From Pseudogymnoascus verrucosus (Eukaryota): DNA of 64,000 bases. Position numbers and translations under genes: made by a program. The notes under the pieces were generated by a model. That model had not been told where the DNA came from and did no database searches. It saw only the letters and a program-made list of their open reading frames with translations. The first letter of the stretch is position 1; the number at the start of each line of letters is the position of its first letter. Positions 1 through 13,240 of this stretch are shown piece by piece. The stretch lies in assembly GCA_001662655.1 (NCBI GenBank), contig KV460211.1; one strand, given 5' to 3'.

Positions 1-686
1 AGTCATCCACTGACTCGAAACCCAATGGTTCTCTCTTGCTGTAAGACGGTCGAAAATTTCGTGAAATGGGTGTTCTAATGGTAATCCAGGAAGTTGCTTA
101 GCCATAAGACGTGCTGCACCGCTGGTCATTGAAGTTGGACAAGAATAGACCGCAGAAGAAGCTGAGTATGTATAGTTGCTAAGTAAACAATAGGTTAGAA
201 AACGCTGATTAAATGTAAGGTGTTTATCTTACAATGCGTGTTGCACGATTCTAGAATAATGCCCATAAGTTCCCTCGTACGCCAATGACATGACTCTATT
301 TAGTTAGATTAGAGATGTATGTAACAGTTCGGACTCTGATATTGCACGCACCCATTTCTTGCTCCCCATTTCCCAATCTCTTTCCAACCATGGCTCGTTA
401 TCAGTCGATCGTATGGATACCGCTTTCCCCAGACGTCGTGCGTCTTCACATACGGCTGCTCTTTTTCGGCGTTGGCCACCCACTGGTGGATCTGCTCAGA
501 TATGGCTTCTTCGCCAAACTGGCTGAGCTTAGGCCGCACTGTATTCAAAACAGACAGTGGAAGATACCACTCAAGAACACGCTGATAAGAATCATCGGAA
601 GTATATGGGTTCTCTAACTGTGGGACAGAGAGCATGAATCCAGTATCAATAGTAGATGGGGCAGCGAGCCTAGACGGCGGAGCCAT
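1..686 (-). CDS. Acyl-CoA dehydrogenase, AidB-like subfamily (5' part; gene continues beyond the window start)
   Basis: Exon 1 is MAPPSRLAAP...QLENPY...DVWGKRYPYDRLITSHGWKEI. A downstream exon reads YSASSAVYSCPTSMTSGAARLM...ENHWVSSQWMT, matching the CPxxMTxGAA and SxQWMTE motifs of AidB-like acyl-CoA dehydrogenases. Confidence 0.8.
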
Positions 687-859
687 AGTGATAAAAGTAA
701 AAAGTTGGTATGCTGTGTCCTATTTCGCCAATGTTCTTTTGGACTTTGATGTTCTTGGGAATGTGAGCCTCGCCATTTTGTATTTATTGCTTTCCATACC
801 ACTTCTCATCACCACAGGGCATTGTCGTTGTGTTGCAGATCGCCGAAAGTCGCCGACAA

Positions 860-910
860 ACTCCCCACAGTTTTACCCCGCCATCTACCCCGCGAATTTA
901 CCCCACAGGT
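860..910. promoter_or_regulatory. Cluster of four CreA/Mig1-consensus sites (SYGGRG, read as CCCCRC on +) in a divergent promoter
   Basis: ctccccacag ttttaccccg ccatctaccc cgcgaattta ccccacag contains four CCCCRC motifs within about 50 bp. Confidence 0.5.
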
Positions 911-1085
911 ATCCAATTATTACCGAAATACGCCGCCGGTAATCCGTATTGGTATGTGAACCTCTAACATACTTGATCATTATACCTCCCTGTTCCGTCC
1001 GATCCAGAGACGTGTATATATTTTAAACTGAGAGTGATATTCTGCCTGCATACACTTTCATACTTTCTTGTCGTTTCCCCTCAAC

Positions 1086-3260
1086 ATGGCTTCAATCGCA
1101 CCTTCTCAGAACGGAGCAGCCACACCAGCTGTACCAGTGCCAGTTTGGCGCCCTCAACAGCAACCGTCAAAAATTCCAATAAACAAATACCGAGCTCATA
1201 TCAATAACAAATTTAACACGCAGCTCCGCGATTCCCATGAGCTACAAAAATGGAGTGTTACGCAGCCGCATGATTTCTGGATTGACCTCTGGTCCTATGT
1301 CGGCCTAGTACCTGATCTCCCTCCCGGAACATCGCGAGCGTACAATCCAGAGATTTCTATGACAGATGTTCCACCGTTTTTCGAGAATGCAACTATTAAC
1401 TACGCTGAAAATGTTCTCACCCAGCCAGATGTCAAGCCGGAGTCCATTGCTCTTATTGGGCTTCGCGAAGGAAATAGCCTCGACGGAGAGAAATGGTCAT
1501 GGGCGACACTGAGAGAAAATGTGCGAAAGGTTAGGAGTGGCTTGCTACGAAGCGGGATCAAGGAGGGCGACAGAGTGGCGGCTTTGATATCCACGTCTAC
1601 TTGGTCGATTGTTGTGTTCCTAGCTGCTGCCAGCATAGGGGCCGTCTTCACGTCGATAGCCCCAGACTTAGGAGTCGAGGTAAATCTCACACTGGAATTT
1701 GGCCGCTTTTGAAAAGCTCGTATTAATCGTACATAGGGCTGCATATCCAGACTGCGACAAGTGACCCCATCCATCTTGTTTGCAGATAGCCACGTCACAT
1801 ATAAAGGCAAGCAAAAATCTAATGGTGCCAAAATCTCGAATATCGTGGACAAACTCGCAATTAAGACAGAAGTCGTTCTCATTCCTACCGCAAGGGTCGA
1901 GCAGACCAATTTTTCAACACTGGACCATTTTCTCTCTCGGTCAAAATTGTCCGACAAGCTTCAATTCGCCCGAGTCTCATTTTCGGCTCCTCTCTACATC
2001 TTGTACTCCAGTGGAACTTCAGGGCCGCCCAAGTGCTTAGTTCACCAGCATGGAGTTATTATGCAGCACAAAAAAATAGCAAAGCTGCATAACTCTCTCA
2101 AGCCAGGAGAAGTTGTGTTCCAATATTCTAGCACGTCATGGGTCCTTTGGAATATCATGGTTGGGCATTTATCTGCAGGAACTACTCTTGTATTATACGA
2201 CGGATCTCCTACCTGGCCAAATCCTCAACAAATGCTGAAAATCATCGAGCAACATAAGGTTTCTTACTGGGGGGCATCGCCAAAATATCTCCAGGCACTA
2301 GAATCAACCCGATGCGTACCAAAAGAGGAGTACGATCTCTCGTCACTAAGAATGGTCCAGTCAGGTGGAGCTCATTTAGCAGCGGAACAATATCACTGGT
2401 TTTATCGTGCATTCCCTGCAGACATCCACTTGACCAGCGTTACTGGCGGAACAGATATCGTAACATCATGGATATGCACTGATCCTGCTGGCCCATTATA
2501 TGCAGGAGAAATTCAGCTCATAGCTCTAGGCCTCGATATCGACATTGCGGATTCTGTGACTGGAGAGTCAATCAGAGGTACGGGCGAATCTGGGGAGATG
2601 ATATGTCGGCAACCTTTTCCGTCTATGCCAGTTTTTATGTGGGGAGATGAAGGCAATGTCAAGTACAAAGAAGCATATTTCGACAGATTCGACTTTCCCT
2701 GTTGGACGCAGCATGACTGGGCCAGCTTCAATCCATTAACTGGCGGCGCCACAGTGCATGGTCGGAGGTTAGTCTTCCAATCCAAATACTTTGCATATTG
2801 GACTCGTTGGGTGCTAACTCCAAATAGTGATGGGGTTCTAAATCCGCAAGGCATTCGATTTGGATCTTCAGAGATTTACTCAATCACAGAAGCACCCCCA
2901 TTCATATATACCATCGCAGCAACCTTGTGCATCGGAAGGAGACGGAAGGGCAAAGACTCCGACGAGTCTGTATTCCTCTTTGTGGTCATGCGATCTGGTG
3001 AGAACCTCACCGATAAGCTACTGGGACAACTCAAGACTGCCATTCGAACGAGTTTAAGTGCCAGGCATGTCCCTAGATACATCATACAGGTGGACGATAT
3101 CCCAATGACGATGAACGGAAAGAAGATTGAAACTCTTGTGAAGCAGATTATCTGTAGCGGCGAAATGCCAAAGCAAGTAAGTAGCACGGTGGCCAATCCC
3201 GAGTGTCTCGATAAATTCATAAAGTTTTACTCGGTGGAAGAGAGAATGTCGAAGCTGTAA
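1086..3260 (+). CDS. AACS: Acetoacetyl-CoA synthetase (AMP-binding family)
   Basis: Motifs INYAENVL, YILYSSGTSGPPKCLVH, SVTGGTD, HGRSDGVLNPQGIRFGSSEIY, ARHVP and NGKKIE. Introns lie at about 1680-1736 and 2768-2827. Confidence 0.9.
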
Positions 3261-3635
3261 CGCATGGTAGAATATAGAGATATAGAACCTATTAGAGAAT
3301 AGAATGTGTATTTACCTCCGCTTCTCAAACGCGTCTATGCTACTTACCAGCTTTGCCTCGGCCTTTAAACAACATCTCGTGCAACTCATGGTCCATATTC
3401 GACACAAACATTTTATTGTTAAACAGGCCGTTAAATACATGGACAATAAGTCTTAATTTTACTAATACTTAAACGATGTGTGCGTAATTTGGAGTGCGTG
3501 GGGCTATCTACACATAAGATCAGTCATCACAGCCAAAATGATGTCTGAATCGTTTTCTAATAAACGCAGTATTACTTTGTAGTATACTAAGAACTACCTA
3601 TATGACAGTGGTATAAATCCCTTGGCTAGTTTTAT

Positions 3636-4753
3636 TCAGCGGCCATTATCCGGAGTGCTTCTTCGGTACCGATAGATCTTTTTATGTTCTTCTAAGAATA
3701 GAAATGTCAGAATGGTATGGGGACCGAGGCGGATGAAACTAGGCACCCAGCCGCGGAAAATCCAAGTGAAGCCTTCTTTGCAATATATACTACGAAGGAG
3801 TCCCGGCAAGCTCTGCCGATGTGATTCGGCTGGAGATGCACTCATAACTCGAGTCTTGATGACATCCACGGGGCTGCAGACTGTTGTTGCGACGAACCCA
3901 GCCATAACCGAGGCCGTAATATGCGTATATATATTGTCAGTCATCCCGGCCTTTCCAATGCATAACCCCTTAAACGTGTCGTATGTTGCGAATTGCGACG
4001 CCGTCATGAGTACCGCACGTGTGCAATTCGGCCAGATCCCACGGAACAGACTGCCAGCCCCTTCAGTGCGAGTCATATGCACGAGTCCGTGAATAGCATG
4101 CTGATAATTACGTCGTTGCGCAGGAGGAAGAGCAGCATCTCCCTGCATTCGTACATTCAGCACATCGGCCGGGTTTCCTGCCACTCCACCAATGAAGCCC
4201 GAAATTGATGCCATTGTGACGAGAGTGAGTGGGCCTGGAGGCGACGATGAGGATGTGAAGTGAGGCTTCAACTCCTCATAAATCCCAAAACGGGTTGTTG
4301 AGTAAGTTATTTGGCGAAGGAGGGATGCAGATAACTAGATCGTATATAGCACAGCGTAAGCAATACCTTCAAGGTGTTTATATTTCCTTCTCTCGGTCTA
4401 ATTTGCCGTGGTGGATAGATGAGTGGCATATACATACACCATTGTACAGGCCTTGTAAGCCATTATTCCTCACAATGTGCACAAACGTGCTCATCATTGT
4501 TTTTGGCCCATCAGCTAAGCGTGTCTGCAGGCGAACCTTAACTACAGTTCATAGGTTAAATAGAGGTTCTCTGTCTACTGAGATCTAGCAAGAGTGAATA
4601 AATCTCACCAAGATCCAACGGATGTGTAACTCCAGCAGCAAAGCAAGATGCTGAACCACCTAGCCAGAAAGGATAATGTAGAGTAGTCTTTTTCACAGTC
4701 GAAGTCGCTTGAGATTGTTCTGTATCCCCATTTGCGCTGCCACAACTTGACAT
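3636..4753 (-). CDS. DIC1: Mitochondrial dicarboxylate carrier (SLC25 family)
   Basis: N-terminus YPFWLGGSASCFAAGVTHPLDL, carrier signature repeats GNPADVLNVRMQ and CSPVDVIKTRVM, and GWVPSFIRLGPHT. Intron-interrupted. Confidence 0.85.
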
Positions 4754-5268
4754 CTTGTGATACAATATAATCCGGACATTCCAGCTAAACCAGAGGGTCG
4801 AAATCGAAGACAGAGATGAGAATACTAATTTAATAGTATAATTTTATTTAAGCTCAATCACCTAGCTATTTTTATACTAGCTACTATTTTCTTTGTCATT
4901 TGTCTCTGCTGCTAGAAACCCAGGCGTTCAGGAGCACTGATTCGATATTTTAAATCTCGGCGTCCATGCTCTTTCGCCGAACACCCTTCAACTATTCCCC
5001 GAGACCACTTAAATGCGGGATACATTAGAAGGGGCATATGATCATTTCTTGTTTGAAGATGGTCCGGTCATGTTCGGGTAAGCACGAAATTGGCATTCCA
5101 TACTCTCCACAGCTCTTCCCGGGAGGAACCTCAAACGGCCGAAAATCGCCGAGATCTCAACATCAACATTGGTATAAACATTATGTTGGCGTCTATGTCT
5201 GTGGCTATAACAAATAGTATTGCGAAGCAGCTGAAGACTGTCGAAACTATAATCTCTGCCAAAAAAAA

Positions 5269-6761
5269 ATGAACCGGTCCATCTTCCGTGCGTGGCGCAG
5301 CGTCCAACCAGGATCCAGCCACCCAGTTGCTCCTGGGCGCCGCTATGCTTCATCAGCGTCATTCAACTGGGAGGATCCGCTTGCCGCCTCAGAATTGTAT
5401 ACGGAGGAAGAGTTAGCAATTCAAGATACCGCTCGGCAATATTGCCAGGAGCGATTGCTACCGCGTGTTCTAGGTATGCGCTCCCTATATTTCAATACTC
5501 ACAGAGCTATGTTGACGTGTTCCTGCCGGGTCCAGATGGTTACAGGAACGAACAGTATGACCGCAAGATCATAAAGGAAATGGGGGAGCTTGGCCTTCTC
5601 GGCGCGAGTATTGAAGGGTACGGCTGCGCAGGCGCTAGCACAGTCGCGTCTGGATTGATAGCCAAGGAGGTCGAGCGTGTAGATTCAGGATACCGTTCCG
5701 GCATGTCTGTGCAGAGCTCACTGATAATGACTGGGATTTACGAGTTTGGGACACAGGAGCAAAAGGATCGATTTCTGCCAGAGTTGGCGAATGGAAACCT
5801 GGTGGGATGTTTCGGTCTCACAGAACCAAATCACGGCTCTGACCCTGGTTCGATTGAGACCATCGCTAAGGAGCATCCGACGAAGAAGGGTCAGTATTTG
5901 CTCTCCGGGGCGAAGACTTGGATTACCAACTCCCCAATCTCAGATGTCATGTTAGTCTGGGCGAAGCTCGAGAGCACAGGGAAAATCCGCGGGTTCCTCG
6001 TCGAGCGAAGCAAATGCCCACCAGGCACATTAGAGACTCCCGCTATCAAGAACAAGAATGGCCTTCGAGCGTCAATTACGGGAATGATCCAGATGGACGA
6101 TTGTCCTGTCGCAGCTGAGAACATGTTCCCAGATGTCGAGGGGCTTAGGGGCCCATTCACTTGTCTCAACAGTGCGAGACTCGGAATCGCCTTCGGAGCA
6201 ATGGGTGCATTGGAAGACTCCCTGAGCCGGGCACGAACTTATGCGCTCGACCGAAAGCAATTCAAAGGGAATCCTCTGGCAAAGTACCAACTAATACAAA
6301 AGAAGTTGGCAGATGCTGCTACGGATGCCGCCTATGGAACTTTGGCAGCCACGCAGGTGGCTCGGCTGAAGGACTCAAATAAATTAACACCTGAAATGAT
6401 CTCAATGGTGAAGAGACAAAACTGCGACCGTGCTCTAACCAACGTTCGCGCGTAAGTTTTCCTTCCCGATCTTCCGCATAGATTTTGTCAACCCTCAATC
6501 TGTGTAGCTCGGCTACTTACTACTTTCCCAAATCACAGACTCCAAGAGATTTTTGGTGGCAACGCAGCAAGCGACGAGTATCACATTGGCCGGCACGTAT
6601 CTAATCTGTTCGTTGTACAAACATATGAGGGTCAGAGCGATATCCATGGTAAGTTCTTCTCGAGAAAAAGGCCATTGACGTTCAGATAGTAGAAATTATG
6701 CTGACCATCGACAGCCTTGATTCTAGGACGAGCTATCACAGGTGTTCAGGCATTTTGCTAA
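5269..6761 (+). CDS. gcdH: Glutaryl-CoA dehydrogenase, mitochondrial
   Basis: Arg/Ser-rich presequence, then FNWEDPL, EVERVDSGYRSGMSVQSSL, GCFGLTEPNHGSDP, GAKTWITNSP and the C-terminal TYEGQSDIH...ILGRAITGVQAFC*. Three introns. Confidence 0.93.
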
Positions 6762-7568
6762 GCAGCGAGGTCAACGATTGCCTATGGGCCGTTGATAACA
6801 GAAAATTTAGCTGTAATATCTGCCACAATGCCGAACTGGATATTTTATTAGTAGCTACGTAGCATTAGACACAGATTTAAGCTATTTGTGGGCGCATGTA
6901 GCCGGCATGAGTTTAGCAACGAATAATTGCAAGGGACTCCATTCATACCAATTTTCGCTGCATCAACATTCCCCCATAGTTCTTTATTATAATTTTCCTC
7001 TTAGCAATTGCCTTGTTAATGTGTGATAAACTACAGTCGGGAGCTATTATTCCTGTTAGTGCATGCGATTTTTAAAGGGGCCATGAGGATGCCTGCGATA
7101 GATGTGTCTAATTAGATTAAAAGGTTTATAAAACCGTTTCCGTCAATGTTCTCCACGATTCATATTCGTAGTCGTATCTTTTAGAGACATTGAATTAGGA
7201 TAATCTCGTCATTGCCCGTGAAGAAGTGCCGCTTCCACGGCGCAATCGGCTCTACCACTGTGCTCTCCATCCAATGATTCGACGTGCAACATCCAAAGCA
7301 GCACATCCAGAGCCAATATCATAAGCCTAACTCAGGAATCGACTCCCATAGGATCCATCCGGGCAATATAGGAGGCCGCTGGGCCGTCACCGGAAGTTCT
7401 ACTCGGTCTCTCCACACCACTGCCGAGGTCACTTCGTAAATGGCATAATATGATAGAATCAGTCAAATGTTAAACCCATCATTCCTTAAAACTGTTGCAG
7501 GCTCAACTCAGCTTCAATGTTACTAGATATCTTTATTTTATCGAATCTCTATCCCATTTACTAACAAA

Positions 7569-9676
7569 ATGACGACATACCACGTATCAGCGATGCGGTT
7601 CTCGCGGAATATGATAAATATATCGAAACAGAGGCAACGAGATGCTCGACGCCTAACAAGTGCGCGAGTACTTTCAAATACTTCTGGGACTTTCTCCGCA
7701 AAAAATAGTTTCACTGCTACCTTTCAGCATGCTGCTAAACTCGCCCCGAAAATTGAACGCGCGGGTTCTAAATTATTCAAGGACGCAGACGAAGCCGTAG
7801 CCGACCTAAAGAGTGGAACTACTCTTCTCAGCTCCGGATTTGGTCTTTGTGGTGTTGCAGGTAGAGAGTCATCGACCGCTAATAATTATATCTTGCAAAA
7901 AAGCTGACTTCTATCACTTCTAGAAACTCTTATACAGGCCATCCATCGGAAGGGGCCTGAAAACCTAAAATTCCAGATGGTGATATCGAATAATGCCGGC
8001 GTTGCTGGTAAGGGAGGGTTGGACATACTCACAGAGGCCGGGCAAATCAACCGAATGATAATCTCACATCTCGGCAGCAACAGGGTCCTCGAAAACAAAT
8101 ATCTCACTGGGGGGATTGCGCTCGAACTATGCCCACAAGGAACCCTGGCAGAGCGGATAAGAGCAGGAGGCGCTGGGATCCCGGCATTTTTTACCGCCAC
8201 AGGCGCCAGTAAGTGCTCAAACAAATAATATTTTAGCAAATAAAGCGCTGTTCAAAACTAACATGAGATAGATACTCTCATTCAGGATGGGAAAATCCCC
8301 GTTCGTGTGGGCGCATCTGGAAATGTGCTGGAGCATGGCAAACCGCGGGAGGCTCGCACATTTAATGGCAGAACATACCTCATGGAAACCGCTTTAACGG
8401 GCGACGTGGCTATTATCCGAGCGTGGAAAGCAGACGCGGTGGGGAATTGTGTGTTTCGGTGAGCCCCCAGGTCACTGTTTTGGCTTGGCTATAGTTGCTA
8501 AAAATGTTATCAGATACGCAACGAAGGCATTCGGGCCCATTATGGCAAAAGCTGCTACACTCACTATAGTGGAGGCAGACAATATTGTTCCAGTTGGCTC
8601 TATACATCCAGATAATGTTGACTTGCCTGGCATCTTCGTGGACAGGGTTGTCCCCTCCACAGTGGCGAAGGTTATTGAAATCGAAAAGACACGATCGTCT
8701 GAGGCCGACAATGTGGTAAAACCAGTCGAAAGTGCCGGCGATATTCAGAGAAATCGAATTGCAAAGCGGGCTGCAAAGGAACTTAAGCAATCTGACTACG
8801 TAAATCTTGGTGCTGGTGAGTGTTGAATGCGTATCCGTTTGATAGATGCTAACGGTGGCGGTGTCCATGCAGGAATTCCGATTCTCGTCCCATCATTTGT
8901 GAAAGAGGGAGTCAAGGTTTGGGTCCAGTCGGAAAATGGAATTCTAGGCATGGTAGGTCGAAATTGGCGATACACTCAATGCCCCATAGGTTACTGGATC
9001 CATTCTGTAGGGTCCATATCCCACTACTGAAGAAATCGACCCGTAAGCTGACGCTCCCCACCCTAACTCTGCCCATGTTCTAACCAGCGTCCAGAGACAT
9101 TGTAAATGCAGGAAAAGAAACCGCCAGTTTACTCCCAGGTGCATCTACCTTCGATAGCAGTGAGTCCTTTGGAATGATACGGGGTGGACACATGGACGTA
9201 TCAATTTTGGGCGTTCGTATCCCGTTGTTTCCAGTTTGAGCCAAAATTAATAAATGTCTAGGCTTTGCAAGTTAGCGCCAATGGCGATCTGGCAAACTAT
9301 ACGATTCCTGGGAAGGCCTTCAAAGGAATGGGAGGAGCTATGGACCTAGTGTCCAATCCTGACAAGACTAGAATTGTTGTGACTACAACGCACGTCGCCA
9401 AGGATGGTTCTCCTAAAATCGTCCAAGAGTGCAGTTTACCATTGACAGGAGCAAACTGTGTTAGCACAATTATCACAGACTTGGTAAGACGGGATTATCA
9501 TAGAGCAATTGGACAGTGAAGGTAACTGACAAATGATCTAGTGTGTCTTTCAGGTCGACCGCGCCAACGGCGGTCTCACTTTGACGGAACTGGCCCCGGG
9601 GGTGGATATAGAAGAGATTGAGAGAAAGACGGAGGCGAGATTTTCGATTGCAGAGTATTTGAGCCCCATGGAATAA
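7569..9676 (+). CDS. Succinyl-CoA:3-oxoacid CoA-transferase (SCOT-type, fused A/B subunits), mitochondrial
   Basis: [36 protein letters not shown], the catalytic QSENG motif and [13 protein letters not shown]. Many short introns. Confidence 0.88.
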
Positions 9677-10625
9677 ATAGGACCTTGGAAATTGACACAA
9701 CTGATTCTGTGTTCCTCTTGCTGTCAAAGTTGAAGACGTCGATTATATCGTAGACATGCTGTACTTTGTTCGGCACGATTTGAAGGGCCATGAGTCTCCG
9801 GTGCGGAGATAAATAGAGAGGCGCAAAAAGGAAGGGGCTAGGAGAAAGGGTCCAAGGGGAAGGAGCGATGAAGAATAGCGCGAATGGAAATTCTAAAAGG
9901 GGAAAGGGCGAAGAGGTATAGCGCAACTGGAAAGTGCCAATGGGAGCGCAACGAGGAAAGGGCAAAAGAGAGCATGAAGAAGGAAAGAGCGAAGGAGAAA
10001 TGGGTAAAGAAGGAAGGGGCGAAGGGGGAAGGTGCAAATAGGGAAGGAGCGAAGGAGGAAAGGTTGCAACTAGCGGCAGAAGATCGAGAAGCGCGGGCCT
10101 TTGCGGCAGCCATAAAGTTGGACATGCCGTGTTTCCTGGAGTGCTCCACGCGCCAGGACATCGCGGAAAATGAGGCTCTCATAACCGTCGCGATATTATG
10201 CGCGTTTGTCTGCGGGTGCGGTGAGTTCACATACATCTAGGCACTTGTCGACTACATTTCTGTGTGGTTTGGCGGGCGAGAAGTGGCAGCAAGATGTGGA
10301 TGGCGATAGCTTCTTACTGAGAAGTTCTCACCAATAGATTGTTGCTGACAGCTTCTCGCCAACGGATTCTCACCAACATATTCTTGCTGTCAAATCCAAT
10401 GTCAACACCCTATTACTTGGTAGAGTGATCCTCAGAGCTATCTCTAAGGTCCTCGTGAAGATATTCGTGCAGGGGTTGGGAGCTTCCAGTGCATAAGACT
10501 TCGTGTAAGATGATACAGTGTGTGTTGGGCAGGCCAAGTGGTCATCATGAATATATAGGTTTTCCTTTCCTTTCCCAAGCACTCGGTAACTACGTATATC
10601 ACCTCCCTCATACCCCCCCGATATC

Positions 10626-11933
10626 CTACAACCGCCTAAACACATAAACCTGTGCCTTCGCCGTCTCCAACCCCAACGCATACCTCACCCCATCACACGC
10701 CTTAACCACCCTCGCCTCATCCGCCAACAACATCTTCCACGCCGGCTTGACCCCCTCCTCCTGATCTTCCCCCGACGGCTTCTTCCCCAAGAACGCCATA
10801 TCCAGCAGATACCTCAGCGGATACCCCTTCTTCCCCTCCTCCTCCGCACGATCAAACACAACCACCAAACTCCCCTTCGGCGCCGCAATCGTCAGCTTCA
10901 GCAGCAGCGCCACCGTCTTCGCCACGCTCGTCGCAGCCAGATCAGCAACAGTGTAGAACAGCGTGATCAACGCTGCCTCCTCTCCCACCAACTCCCCCAC
11001 CTCCTCCTGGCTCGCCTCCAAGGGGCTAAACTTCTGCATCTCGAGCTCCAGTGCTGATTTCGCTAAGAACGGCGAGCTGTTGGCGATCGCGGATGCGGAG
11101 GCGTATTTGGAGAGTGTGGGGGGGGATAGGAGCGCTTCGTGGGAGGTGGAGACCTCGCGTGTCCAGTTCACGGTGTTGGTTAGGTTGAGATCGATGATTT
11201 GGCCTGCGTCGGAGGAGTCCTCGGATTCGAGGTCTGCTTTCGATTTGCCGTGGGCGTCGGGGCGGAAGTGTCGGACTACTGCTCCCAAGGCCAGGACCTC
11301 TGCTGGGCCGCCGCCGAAGCTGACGACTCGCAGCACTTCCTCCTCATCTTCGTCGTCGTTCTCCTCTTTCTTTTCTTCCTTATTTTTCTCCTCCTTGTCC
11401 TCCTCATCGTCATCGTCATCCTCATTCTCATCCTCGTCCTCCCTCCTACCTTGCAGCATTGCAAACAAAGGATCATCATCCAGCGTCTCCACCACCTTCA
11501 CCAACAAATTCGCAAACCAAACTGCCCTCTCCGCACCCCACTTAACAACCCACGCCTCCCTAGCCTCTGCACTCCCAAATGCCGCCTTCCAATCCCCACT
11601 CCGCACCTTCTCCTCCACATCCGCCAGTACTACCTTCAGCGCCTCATAATCCTCGCACCGCGGAAACGCCTTCCTGATCGCATCAAGCAGGAGCTGCTGA
11701 TCCGGCTGCCCGAGCGCCTGGTGTTCGTCTCCTGGGGGTATCACGACGGGCTTCGGCGCCGGAGGAGGACGGGGAATGTGTTTCCCGCCCTTCTTGGTGT
11801 ATCCGGGACCGGACCAGCCGGGGCGTTGGCGGGGGGCGACGGGGATGGGGGTGGGTGCGAAGGGGGAGTCGGCGGAGGAGGGGGTTTTGGGGTGTTTGGG
11901 GAGGGATTTTTGTTGGCGGACGTATTTGCTCAT
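10626..11933 (-). CDS. DUF3115 / Bmt6-like 25S rRNA uridine-N3 methyltransferase
   Basis: Single 435-aa ORF with a SAM-binding-like VVSFGGGPAEVLAL motif, PPTLSKYAS, GSLVVVFD and YPLRYLLD. It includes an acidic low-complexity insert. Confidence 0.65.
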   Translation of the reverse strand: MSKYVRQQKSLPKHPKTPSSADSPFAPTPIPVAPRQRPGWSGPGYTKKGGKHIPRPPPAPKPVVIPPGDEHQALGQPDQQLLLDAIRKAFPRCEDYEALKVVLADVEEKVRSGDWKAAFGSAEAREAWVVKWGAERAVWFANLLVKVVETLDDDPLFAMLQGRREDEDENEDDDDDEEDKEEKNKEEKKEENDDEDEEEVLRVVSFGGGPAEVLALGAVVRHFRPDAHGKSKADLESEDSSDAGQIIDLNLTNTVNWTREVSTSHEALLSPPTLSKYASASAIANSSPFLAKSALELEMQKFSPLEASQEEVGELVGEEAALITLFYTVADLAATSVAKTVALLLKLTIAAPKGSLVVVFDRAEEEGKKGYPLRYLLDMAFLGKKPSGEDQEEGVKPAWKMLLADEARVVKACDGVRYALGLETAKAQVYVFRRL

Positions 11934-13240
11934 CTTGACGGGTTGGTGGGATGAGTGAGTTTCTGTGGTATCTGTGGTGTTTTGGCCTCTGGGGTGAGCA
12001 GCGGCGGCGAGGATGGTGGAGGAGGAGGGCAGATATCTCTATCTAATCGGCGCTAGTGGTGGGGGTGGAGAAAATGTTGTGTTTATTTTCTGTATTTACA
12101 GGGGTATTTTCAGTGACGTCGGATTTAGCATAATTTACATAAATAGAAGTGTATAAATATAGAATCACGTGGAATCACGTGGTATTTGCATAAAATTCGG
12201 TTAGTGTCTTGGTGGAAAAGCTTGGCTGTTGCCTTGTGGAGCTCGGAGTGTACCCGAAGAAAAAAGGGTTTATCCGAGAGGTTTCTCCGATATTTTTATA
12301 CCAACACTAACCACATTTATCCAGTTTACCACATTAGAACAACAAAGATCCTAAATTGGTATACGAGGTTACATGGTATATTTTCCCAATAGCCACGAAT
12401 CCCTACACCTAAGATTGTGGCTGAGCAGTCAATAAGTGACGCACGGCGACTCTCCGCAATTCTAGATCCCTCATCCCCGTGAAGCAAATGTGAAACTCAA
12501 CGGGATACGTTGGAGTGTCTCATTTCACGCCCTGTTTCTTTTTTGTCATACTCTCCGCCCCGTGCACAATACCACCAGAGCGCGCCATGCCGCTGTGTGT
12601 TTGTGGTCTTGCCTGCTCACCCTACTGCGTACTGAAATCCTTGCAGTTACAATGAGATACTGTGTCTAGCAGGCTCTAACGGAAGAACAAGCTTTCTTGA
12701 CCACCGAGTTAGTGACTTGGTGGCGGGGACCAACGTCCCCGTCTCAGGGACAAATCCCAGACATCCCAACGCCGTCGGAAGTTACAGCTGTACGCGGAGT
12801 TACCTGCAATATGCAATATGCAATATGTACTCCGTACTGCAAATCCTGTGGGGTATCGTATCCACGACGAATGGGCGGCCACAAGCCGATCTCCCGACAT
12901 CCGGACATCCAGCCAAATCAATATCCTTCATACCATTTACTAACTGTAAACACGAATTGTGCTGACACCCTATGACTTGTACCTCCGCGGTTAGGTTCAC
13001 AATTCCCTCCCCCAACCCAATTGCAAGCTGATATCCCCCCTAAACGGTAAGGAAGCCGGTATCCCAGCCTGCGCTTGTTGTAATTTGCCTGTGCTTGCTC
13101 ACCCTAGCAAACGCGTACCCCCTCAAAAGCGTTCATCTCCCCCATCCATCTACATCCCTCCCATTTCTCTTTCCTCTGGTCAAAACACACTCTTTTTTAT
13201 CTTTCTTCGTTTACTGCCAAGCAGTTTCCATTTAGCAGCC

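Noticed and set aside
9838..10240. ORFs on both strands (E/K/A-rich and F/S/P-rich)
   Set aside because: They arise from a GA-rich low-complexity tract with no recognisable domain. A gene relic cannot be excluded.
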